DNA of 64,000 bases from Balanoglossus misakiensis (lineage: Eukaryota > Animalia > Hemichordata), in NCBI GenBank assembly GCA_040954595.2, contig CM082596.2, positions 8,321,124-8,385,123 on the forward strand, written 5' to 3'. The notes under the pieces are model-generated. The model was not told the DNA's origin and ran no database searches. It was given only the letters and a program-made list of their open reading frames with translations. Made by a program: the position numbers and the translations under genes. Each line of letters opens with the position of its first letter. Position 1 is the stretch's first letter. Positions 12,001-24,000 of this stretch are shown one piece after another.

Positions 12001-15000
12001 CAGTGTCGAATGAATTTGATCACAGATGCTGGAGGCAATCTATGATGAGAAGCGATGTCATCGGATATGCGAGTTGGTGCTGCCCAATCTGAAAGGTCAC
12101 TTAGAATCCAGTGTCTTCCTCTCTCAGTACCTGTTGACACGACTCAAATCACAACTCACAGAGAACCAACCAGAAGAACTACAGTCCATAAATCTTGGAG
12201 CTAAGGTACTGTCAACTGACTGTGTTTCACTTCTCTAGTGATATTACAGAAAAAATATGAAAGTTCTGTATCAAACTTGATAGCGTTCAGTGTGAGCATC
12301 GCCAATAGTTCTTGACTGGAACCACAGATGACATCACATCGTGTGACCAAACTGCAGCAAATATAAACTCAGATTTTTCAGTGAATTTTGAACCTCTTTA
12401 TGAAAGAAACATAATATTATAGAAATCTATACCTGAAATATATTGTTATTTGCAAATTGTTATTACTTTTAACACAATTCTATTATGTTCTGATATGACG
12501 TGTGATATATGCTCTTCCTGTTACCTGCAACTGTGTCACAATAAGTTTAACAGTAAACTTCGATTTGTTTTTTACAGGCTTTACTGTGTCTTCCAGAATC
12601 AGCTCAACAGAATTACAGAGATTTGATATCAAAACCACATCTGATAGTGGAGCAACTATTAATGAATATGAAGGTAAAAGTTTCAATTAACGTATCCCTA
12701 CAATTGCTTTTAAACCTGTTGTCAAGGAAACTACAACAAACAACAAGAGGTTATCATTTTCAGTCACTAAAATTAAGGAAGTGGGAAAGGTCTATGACGT
12801 GACAATTGTAACAATTTTGAGCAACAATTCCTGAGTATATCTGTTCAATATAGTGGAGAGATCGTTTAGTGGACTTCTGATCACCAATTTTTGTATTACA
12901 GTATTTAGCTTAAAAAGAAAATTATCAAAATGACAAATTCTGATTACAGATTTTCTAGATCACAACTGTCTAAATTTGCATAGGTGGCAGTGTACCTTTA
13001 ATGGGCTGAAATACTGTCTAGGCTACAGATAGGCATATGATCAATATAGGAAATTATTAGAATCATCAAAAAAAGAGTTGTATCTGGTTACGTGTTGAGC
13101 TGAGAAAGCTTTTTGACCAGACCATGATTTAAATGCAGACAATATGGCTGCAGAATATCTGCCAACATTTCTGCATTTGTCATTTTACTACACTTTGTCA
13201 GCAATTCTCGATGAGACTACGGTCAGTATTTCTGGGTATTTTTTCAACTCTTTACCCAAGGAATACTGTAAAACACTTTATTTTTCGCGAGTTAAAATTT
13301 TCCCGATATCGAGAGAGGCCACTGTTTCACGAGTATTATTTTTCGCATTCTCTTGTTTCATTGACTGCATCGTTATCTTCAAAAAAAATTTACGCGACTT
13401 TTTATTTTCACGCTATTTTGGCTGTCATGTATTTCGTGAAAATTTATTACTCGCGAAAATAAAGTGTTTTACAGTATCTGATTCTTAGTCAGCTACATGT
13501 ACCTGTAGACATCCCTGTCAGACACAAGGTATCCATTGACTTCATTGGAAGGAAAAATTGTCATTTATTACAGGTGGATTTGGCAGAGAAAGTCTTAGAG
13601 ACGATGAAGAAAGAGATAAGAAGTGCACAGTTTTTACCTGTTGAGAAATGTTCAGAAGATGTGTTGGATGAATTGGTATTGTTGTATGCAACCAAAGCTT
13701 TAGAATTTCCTATTGTACAGGAGAGAGAAGAGACATCAGGTAAGATCATAATACAGGTCTTCTTGAGAAATTCTTCTTAAGAAATTCTTCTTGAGAAATT
13801 CCAGCAAATACAGCTGTGTCATGAATGTCGTAACTTAGAGGGCGATTATTTTCTTATGTGCCAAACTTTAGACTCTGGTTACATAAATTTTATACAGTCA
13901 ATGCCATAAGGTAGTGTGCTGTCCAAACAACAGACAAGATGGCAGCGACCATAGTCTGTGTCGGAGATCGGGAAAAGACAGCAAATTGGGTGAAAAGAAG
14001 GGACAAAACTAAGTCTACTTGTACAGTGTGCATGAAATATGGAAGGAAGCGAAGGCAGTCCACTATTTGAATTTGTCGAACGCAAAATTTGCAGAATATT
14101 TGGATTGGACGTTATGTTTGTACACACAAAATTATGCACCTGAGCATAAGATGATCGTCGGCCTTTAATGAGGTTAGAATTTCTAGGTGTGTCAGGTTAG
14201 CTCTGCTCACTTAGTATTGAATATAACAGGTTATATATCCCTTATAACCAATGTTCTTTAGAGTTCAATAGTTCAATATTAAGATATGTTTAATAGTGAG
14301 GGCAACATCACGATTTGTAGCCTACACGAGGGATAGTGATCTCTGACCATAATATTGATGATGTCCGAGTCGTACGGCGAGGATATCATCAATAAAAATT
14401 TCTCAATTAATTACACAGCAAAAAATTCAATAAATAAGCTGGGTAATTTGCTTCTTTGCTATCTGGATATATCTACACTGTGATACATTGGAGAAAAATA
14501 CTGCAAAAAATAGCCAAAGTTCCTGGGGGTTTTACATGTAGACTGACACCTTTACAGATGTTTGGCCACATGATGCACTGGAAGATATTATGCATTTACA
14601 AACAAAAACAAGTACATTTATAGATATGTACATGTATATATATGAATATGACATATTTTTATGTTTGCTTGAAATATTGTTTTTGTTGCTGTCCATTACA
14701 AATTCAGCTATTTCTCGCTACCTTTAATAGGTTTTTGCTACCTAGGTGAGTGATGAAAATCTCATATGGTCGACGCATTTTCAAGATGACCCATTTTTGC
14801 CATGTTTAAGAAATGGAAGTTCATAGGCTAAAGTGATATTGAAACTTTTTAACAGAAAAAAATATACAATGTGAAAAAAGTTGAATGAGTTTAATATGCT
14901 AACCAGAAAAACATAAATATTTGACCAAAGGAATTCATGAAATAAAGTTAACATATCATTTCTTCAAACTCTTGATACAGTGAGTTGTCGACCTTTAACC

Positions 15001-18000
15001 CAGAATGCAATTTTTATCATGTGATTTGACCCCCCAAGCACAAAGTAAAAACCTATTTAAGGCAGCCAGAATTGTAAAGCCATCATAATGTCTGTCACTC
15101 TTTATGTGAATTTCACGCAGATCTGGAAAGCACATTATTGCAGAGTATGGCATCCACCCCTCAATCTGGTACACAGAGCACAATGGAACAGTCTCTTTTA
15201 AGCCAATCACAATTCATTTCATCCGTTGCCATCACAACAGCACCCATGACCGCGAGCAAAGCTCTAAGCTCATCTACTGTATCAGTGCCCGGCATTGTCA
15301 TGACATCATCAACAACAATGCCAGAGGCCACGCAAAAAGCATCGGATAGAGGTACATTTTTTATTTCAAAATATTTTCACTCCTGTAGCATGGATTGGCT
15401 TTCATTTTCATATATTCGTACGGCAATTAAGTTGTTTGTAGAAGTTGGAAATGTATGTATCTCTCTGTTTGTCTATGTATGTGCATGTAATTGTGTATGC
15501 ATGCATACATGCGCGCTTGTCTGATCCAGGTGAAAAGTCAGAAAACATAGGGTATGTGTACACCCCATTGAGATCATAACATTAAAGATTTACACATCAT
15601 TTAGACCAATTTGCGAAACAATCACACCTGAAAATAGTACCACATTTATATACATCAAATTATGAGTTTGAGTTTCTGAATTGATCTGGCTGTTGTTGGT
15701 GTTAAAATGGTACTTTTGGAATATTGTTACTTCTGCATATATTAAAGGCCAAATAGCCGCCACTTTTTGCACTATTTTCATGATTTTACTAGCTTTCAAA
15801 CTCAGAATGGTCCGTTTAAATGAGCTGACTGATGTGTATACACAAAGATACTATCAACTTTTGAATATTGCTGTACATGTACAAAAAACAAGATAAATAA
15901 TAAATGGGTGGCACACCTGTTTATTCAGCCACCTTTTGCAAGAGTTTACAACTATTTTGGTATGCACACATTGGTTTTTGGAATCTCAAAACAGTGTTGT
16001 TTGTCGACTTAGGATATAGAGAAGATTGAATTATTTTGTTGATTGAAAATTTGCTAAAAGTAGCAGTTAATGTCCCTTTAATGATATATTGTCTTGTCAC
16101 ATCTATTGACACCTAAGGCTGGAGAACTCCTCCTTTAGCTTCCATGAGACCACTGCATTCACTCGAGGGTAGATACAGTCCAAGTGGATCGCTAAGTAAG
16201 AGAAGTAGTGGAAACACCAGTCCGATCGGCAGTTTTGGGAAGAGGTCCTCAGAGATGATGGGACACAGACACTGTGAAGCCAAAGGTTTACCACTGGTTC
16301 CACCCAATCAGAAAGACTGGGTTCCTGATAGTGCGGTTACTCATTGTATGGTGTGCAAAGTAGAAAGGTTCAGTATGGTAAGTGTTGTGACTGCAGCTAC
16401 AGATTGTATGGCAACTAGAAAATATTTTGTGTTCTTGTTTCACGAGAAACTTGCGGTGTTTTATCTAGGACCAGGAGTCCACCCCCTGTTGAGGAGTTGG
16501 CACCCCTAACAATTTGTCAAGGGGGGATCAGTGCCCCCTAAAATGATGTCACTCACATGTTGGAGATATTACACCCCTCCCCCCTTGCCAGAGTAGAATC
16601 CCCCCCCCCCCAAATCTGGCAGAGGGGGACATATCCCAACTGTTGATGCCATCCTGGATGGAACACTGGGAATGGTCCGATATCCATCAGATTAGGTTGA
16701 TCTTAAGTGGGTGGTTGAAACCATAGTCTATGTGCATGCATCTGTGTGCAGGCAATTTAGTCTCAGACTTCATCATCACTTTTGTTTTGTCAACTGTGGG
16801 CCATGGGTCCCGATGAGAATGCAGTTTGAACAAGTATTAATTAATATGCTTTGTAACCATGAAGGTTTTATTTTCTCTTCCATTCAGTTCAATCGGCGGC
16901 ATCACTGTCGTCGCTGTGGCCGAGTTGTTTGTGCATCTTGTTCTGAGAGAACTTCCATTGTCCGTGGATATGGCGATGTTCCTGTCAGGATATGTGATGA
17001 TTGCTTTGATCATTTTGTCACAAAAACGTGAGTTCTTTAAGGCCCAGTCTGATTCAAATCAGATGTAGGGTACGGCGACGTCTTTTACTTTAAAGGTCTA
17101 ATGCCATGCCCTATACACCACGCGTAAAATCACTATTTGGGTCTTGAAGTTAACGTATGTTACTATCTTGCAATGCGTTTTGCCCCTTGTGCTTAGATAA
17201 CAAGCAAGTAAAAGTGGCGGGTGGGCGTGTACCCCTAACCCAACTCAGTCGAGTTTTTTCGGCTTTTCGAAGTTCAGTCGAAGGCTTATCTTGATGTGGA
17301 CAAATAGTCTTTCACACCTTTGTAAATCCTCTGCCTGTAATGTAAGGCAAGGGCTTCCTTTGCTTTGAACACTGTTTATATAGCTTGTCTTTGTCTGTGG
17401 ACTTAATTACTCATGGACTGCTAATTACACTTTACTGTTAGCAGAATGGTACACTAGAACGTAGTGTACTTGTTTGTCCATATGCAAATACCTTCGCCTG
17501 GCTCGAGTGCGAAGTGGCTCCCTGATCACAGGCATGAAAAAAGGGGGCAAATTCCGGCATTCGCGCACATTTTTCGGAACCGACACAATAGGCAATGCAT
17601 AGACAGGTACCCTAGGTGAGCTTTTGACGTGGAAAAATGAAAACTTTCCAAAGCATGGCATTAGACCTTTAATACGTGGCGTAGTATTTTTATGCTGTTG
17701 CCTCACAATACATCTGACCACCTCCCATAGAAGCTCACAAATCTCGGGCTCTGGACTTGGTGAGTCAACCAATCAGAAGGGGCCTTACAGAGAACAAAGG
17801 TAGTCTGTAGAAACAGACTTAGTTCTCAATACACCCATTGCAAATCTTGCAGATGCTTTGTACTAACTCTTTAGTACATCAGCATAAAAAAAATATTTTG
17901 TTTGTGGTTCCAGGACAAATCAGGGAGTGGCACCTGAAATCTTGGATCAGAAATTGAAAGAGAAGTTAGCAGGCAAGTGGTATATTATTGTGCAGAGTTT

Positions 18001-21000
18001 GTGACAGAAATTATTTCATTTTGCTCTCTGTTTCTGTCTGTCTGTCTGTCTGCTTGTCCGTATGTCTGTCTGTATGTGTGTATGTATGTATGTATGTATG
18101 TATGTATGTATGTATGTATGTATGTATGTATGTATGTATGTATGTATGTATGTATGTATGTATGTATGTATGTATTTGTCTAAAAAGAATTAAACTCATC
18201 GCCATGTGTAATCACCACTGGTCCCTGTGAAAACAATTTCACACACATATAAATTAAACCTAGCATGTGTATAATTACTTTCATCTCAACATTTAAAATT
18301 GGCCGTTTTAAATAGGTTGAGGTATTGACTAACTAGAAGGTGTGAATCTTCAGAACTCAGTTCAATTTATTAAAAATCTGTAGCAGTGAAGTTCACTCAG
18401 TGTTTAGCCCATGTACGCTGACATGGACATGTTAAGATACCCAGCTGTACAAGTCTTCTAACAAGACTAGAGATACTGCAACAAATGATGATAATGCTGG
18501 TCTTATAGGTGGCCTTCACGCAAGTCCAAGTCCCAAGGTATTGACACCAAACCTATCCAGTCACGGAAGTGGGACCACTCCGATAGCAGCTACAGAAATC
18601 CCGGAATTGATGGAACCACAGGATTGGTATGCGGAAGAGAAACCACAGCAACAATGGAGATTAACTACTGATGATATCTACAATAATACGATTAGAGATG
18701 ATTTCTATTATGAACAGGTATGTGTTAAAGTGGAGTCTGGTAGATTCTGTCCACCTACTATGAAAATGGTCAAGGATTGAATATTGAAAGTCTGTGTATA
18801 AAAGTTTGCTAGGTACAGTTGACAAAGATTGTACCAATATCTAGAATAATTGTTTATTTTAAACTGCAGTAGAAACTATCAGGTTCAATGATATGTTTAA
18901 TTAACTGGCAAGTGGGAAATTTCTATTTTACTGTGGTGCCCCAATAATCTCACTAATATCTTGGCCATGATCAAAGGCCATAGATGCAAGTCCATCATAA
19001 AGGATGAATAATTTTATCACCTGGGAAGGAGCTAAGAAGGTAAATTTTCGGGTGGAAAATTTACATAGTGACCATGCTACATTGGTATTTCATGCTATGA
19101 ATGCAAAAGGGAACCATAGTGTCATTGACACTATTTTATAGAGATTTCTGTTGAGATTACTGATTTTTTAATAGCCTTCTAAAATGTTGTGCTTTCTCTT
19201 TATTTGTTGTTCAGGCACCCAGTACCTCTTTGTGTATGTCGATCTTAGATTTGCACAGTCAACCATTGAAGTGTGCCAAACAAATCCTAGAAATGTGCCA
19301 AGATGTCTCTGAATACTTGAAACCAATCAAACCAGGAATCCCCAATCCTGAAGTGGATTATAATCTTGTCATCAGGTAAAAAATTGTTCTCAGCTCACAC
19401 TCCTGGCACTCTGGGAGTGTTGGATCAGAGTTTGAGAACAAATCGATCCCACACTCTCCCAGAATCAAAAGCTGTATATGACACTAGCACTGATTGGATG
19501 ACAAAACGTTCATTAATTAACGCACGCTAAATATCATCCAATGGCACGGTGTGTATTACATGGACAGATAAACAACGTGCCAGACAACGGTTACAGTCAA
19601 TTATTCAATGTTTCTGATACAAATACGGATAATTTTGTGGCCGCGTGAGAAATATAATCTCACACACCAAGGACCTGGGATCATATTTCTCACACTCATT
19701 GGAGAGAAATATGATCCCAGGTCCTTATATGCATATGCCAAACCAGAGACTCTGGTTCCAAAATTGTATACAGTCAATGCCATAAGGCAGTGTGTTGTCC
19801 TAGCAACAGACAAGATGGTGATGACTATTGTCTGTGTCCGAGATCGGGAAAAGACAGCAAATTGGGTAGAAGGGACAAAACTAAAGTCTACTTATACCGT
19901 GCGAAAGAAATATGGAAGGAAGCGAAGGCAGTTCACTATTTGAATTTGTCGAACGCAAAATTTGCAGAACATTTGGATGGGACGTTATGATTGTACACAC
20001 GAAATTACGCATATGCGCGTAAGACGATCGTCGGCCTTTAAAAATGAATGACAACCTGCCATAGAGGTTGAGTTTTAAAAGAGTTCATCATGTTTATTTT
20101 CAGTATGATACAGACATTGCTGCTGAATGCCAAGGTCAGATACATGAAGTGCAGTCAAAGTTCAGGGGTCGCCCTCTGTGATACCTATCTGAGTAGAGTG
20201 GATATTCTGACCATGATGTTGTCAGCTAATTATAAAAACATCCCAACCATTGAAGAACTCATCAAAGCAGACTCTGCAAGGTTAGTCAAAATAGTATTGA
20301 CCGTTTTAGCTTGTGTGTCATGTCGCCGTATTTCTGTCCATTAGGTGAGTTTGTGTGTGTGGTCATTTTTGTGCCAAAATAATTGTGGTACACCACATTT
20401 ATATTGCCTGATCTGGCCGAATTCTACTTCTACATCTTATGCTTTGTGATTTCATGGCAAATAAAAGAAAACAAGGTCAAAGGTGACGGCGCCCAGAAAC
20501 CCCAAAATAACTATCCAGTTGGAGGTGAAATCTCGCTCCAGGAAAGTGGACCCAATCAGGAGCCATATACCCACACTGCTCTTCTATCATAGCAGCTCCC
20601 CCCCCCCCCCCCCCCCCCCCGCCCCTCCCCTGAGGAGAATTGTGGGCAGTTAATCATGGCATAGGGAGTACAACAAGATTCTGATTCCGAGTTTAAGAAT
20701 ACATTGAGGAAATATACTAGAGAAATTGTCAAAAATTGCAGTTAATGTACCTTTAGATAATACCATACTAAGGAAAAACAAGAATATGCAAAAACTATAA
20801 AAAATTTCATTTTGTACTGAGAAAACAACACACCAAAGAAATGTACAACAGATAATCTGACCCTGTTGCAGGGTATATGAATATAACCACTGTTACAGGA
20901 GATCATGTAAAGTTGGTAATTATATAGTTGCATTCACAAGTACTTGAAAGATCTGATCAGTGTACACATGTATGTGCTATGTTATATTTTCCCACTTCAA

Positions 21001-24000
21001 AATAAGTCAAGAAAGTACTGTTAAAGTACATGTAGTAATGATAATGAAAAATTCTGTTTAAAGATACAATAGAAAGAATTGCGTTTCAGTGAATTCTACA
21101 AATCAATATACACAATCCACTGATGTCAATACAATTTTCATTCTTCATGGAAAACTACTGCGTTGATCCAAAGACATTTCAAAGAAGAAAATCAATCACT
21201 TTTGATACTATTTTAGTCATTTGGATTTCTTCTTGTTTGTGTGATTCTGTTTCCTGAAACATGCTCAATGAAGGATTGTCACAGCTCAACTTAGATTGTG
21301 TACATGGACATAAGAGATGAATTTTTTGTTATTTAATTTTTCACCCATATGAAAATTTGTACTGTATGAATATTCAAGTCGTGGAGGATTTTACCCACAA
21401 TGCAATGTCCAAAGTCTGATTTAACCACTTAACCACCAATTAAATATTTCAGGATATGTGAAATAATTAGCTACTCTGTGAGTTACACTAACATGGGTTT
21501 TGGTAATATTAAGGATATAGTCTGCTTTGTCTTGTGATGTTTAGTGTCACTGTACAAACACTTTGACGCAGTGGTTTTCCCTATCAGCTACAACCACCTT
21601 GCAAGGTGCATCATCTGTCAGTGCCAGACCAGTAGGTTGGTTCAGCTTATCCCCATCACTGTCAATGCGACAAACAAACCTACCACCAATCTCAAACTTC
21701 AGTATGCTGTTACTGTATGTGCTTACATACACATATTTATCATTCTCAATGGTTATTCCGACAGGTTCACTCAGCTGACCATCCCCACTCTGACAATCAA
21801 AGGAATACAAAAACTGGTCATCTGAATTGAACACCTGAATACGCTTGTTGTCAGAATCTGCTACAAACACCATCCCACTTCTTCCCACTACTATTCCCCA
21901 GGGCCACCCGAATTCCCCCTGACCGTCACCCTCTGACCCAAATGACCTAATATACTTGCCAAGTTTTGTATAAATCCTGACACATTCGACCCCCTCATCT
22001 GTCACATAGACATTACCATTGACAGGGCTTATAGATATCCCATATGGATCCTTCAGTTCATTCTGTCCGAAACATCTGATGACACGTCCATTTTCATCAC
22101 TGACAACTACTTGCTTATTGTTACCATCTAAACTATAGTGTGTATTTTCATATGCTATAGCTATGTCACGTGGTCTGAAAGGTATGTTAAATTGTGTAAA
22201 TTTCAAGACTTTCTTCACTCTGCCCTCTCTGGTGGTTATTTGTAATCTGTTATTGTCTAAATCAGCAGTGACAATGTCTTTGTGTTTGTTTATGGCCACA
22301 CTGTAGGGCCTGTTGTACTGTCCCTCAGCACTTCCTTTACTGCCAATGGTTTGAACCAATCTATTTATGACAGGTATGATGACAGGAGAGCCTGGTATTG
22401 CTTGATCTCCTATTGTCATGGCAACTTGATACTTCCCATCCATTTTTCCATCCACTGTCAATCTGTGTGTACCATCTCTGTTATCTGATACTTTGATGTC
22501 TTCCCATGATGCATCAGGTTTTCTTATCTTGGCTTTCACTGGTTGTTTTGGGATAACCTGTTTTCCTGTGGAATCTCTGGTTGTGATCAGCAGGTGTGCA
22601 GAGTCACCTTTCAGAAGTTGTTTTGGAATGTTTTCAACTGTACACTTTGATGCACAGATCTCATGTTGAAATATCAACGATCCCAGAATTCCTTGCTCAG
22701 TAAACTTACTCCTTGGTTCAAATACAACTTCTTGTGTCTCTCTCTTTAATTTAGTTTCCATGGCAATCAGTTGATTGATGCGATGTTCAGCATCAGTCTT
22801 GGTAGAGAGAATTTGTGCAGCATTCCCATGATGCATCAGGGCTTCAATATAACTGCACGTACTCTTAATGTTACCGTGTTTTAATTCCAACTCATCAATG
22901 TCCATAGCTGCTTCTTTTGTTTTTAATTTGTAATTTTCATTCAGCTTATCTACCAGTCTCTGCTCTTCTCTCTTTACTTTGTTGATGATTTCTTCTGCTG
23001 TCATTCTCACCTTCCTTTCTTCTTTCTTATGCTGCTCTGTGAGATCACTGTGTACCTGCTTGGCTAGGCTTTTGTTCTTTTCAGTTTCCTGTTCTTTCAC
23101 TTTCAGTTTGTCCACCATGACTTTCAAGTCTCTCAGAAACTCATCTGCTGCGTCTTTTAAGTCTCTGTGTACATGTTCTGGTATGCGGTGTTTGACTATT
23201 GTACAATTTGTACAGACAGGAATTTGACAGGTTTCACAGTAGAATTCTAATTCATTCTTAGTGTGGACACTGCAATATTCTACTGCTTGTAATGTTGCAG
23301 GATTGGTTGACATTGCAGTTTCAAATTCTTCAATGGTCAACAGTCTGTGTGTCTTTGTGAGTGGTAGATTTCTGTGCGCCTTAACACAACTGTTACAGAG
23401 ATAATGTTGACACTCTACACACCTGTGAGTGGCTGTATTCTCTTGGCAACCTTCACACTTGATCTCTGCTGCTCCGGACATTGTTTCTGATCTTCCCTGC
23501 ATGGACTGAAGTCGTTGCTTGAAAATGTCCACCAAATTCGCCATGAAGAAATTGTTTTTCAAAGTTGAAATATTGCCAACAAGATATTGCTCTCTGCATT
23601 CTGGGCACTTAAGTGATGTCGAATTTCCAGCCAGAGTGACTAAACATGGCTGACAGAATGTATGCAGACATGGTAGAATTTTAGGAGTTTTAAAGGACTC
23701 CAGACAGATGATACAACACAGGAAATCCTCACCAATTTCTTGGAGAATTCTGCTCTCTTTTGCAGCAGCCATTTTGTACGTGCGTCAGCTCTCAGAGATA
23801 CTGCAACAGATGGCAACATGACCTCTCTATCTCACTGTTTCTAGACACTTTAGGTGTGTCACTGCTAGTCAGTAGTAACACAGAGTATATTATATGCAAA
23901 TTAGTGTGACTGATTTAAGACCAGTCTAGGGAGGCTCACCCTATCAGGTTATTTCCTCCCATGAGAATTAAGGTCAGAGGTCGTCTTCCGAACGATGCTA

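Noticed and set aside
13133-13488. Short ORFs overlapping MITEs (also 775-963, 7182-7415, 19608-19990, 39493-39720, 56805-57122)
   Set aside because: Chance frames in non-autonomous repeats, with no transposase motifs.
17977-18230. ORFs with CMYV / HTYI repeats
   Set aside because: Translations of the (TATG)n microsatellite.
19387-19720. Palindrome-containing segments (also ~14296-14395, ~42990-43090) resembling Crypton-like non-autonomous repeats
   Set aside because: Boundaries and family could not be established from single degenerate copies.
20596-20630. Poly-C/poly-G runs (also ~4696, ~26420, ~41936, ~63580-63637) as G-quadruplex elements
   Set aside because: Simple homopolymers that are common in such genomes and error-prone in sequencing; nothing else supports a function.
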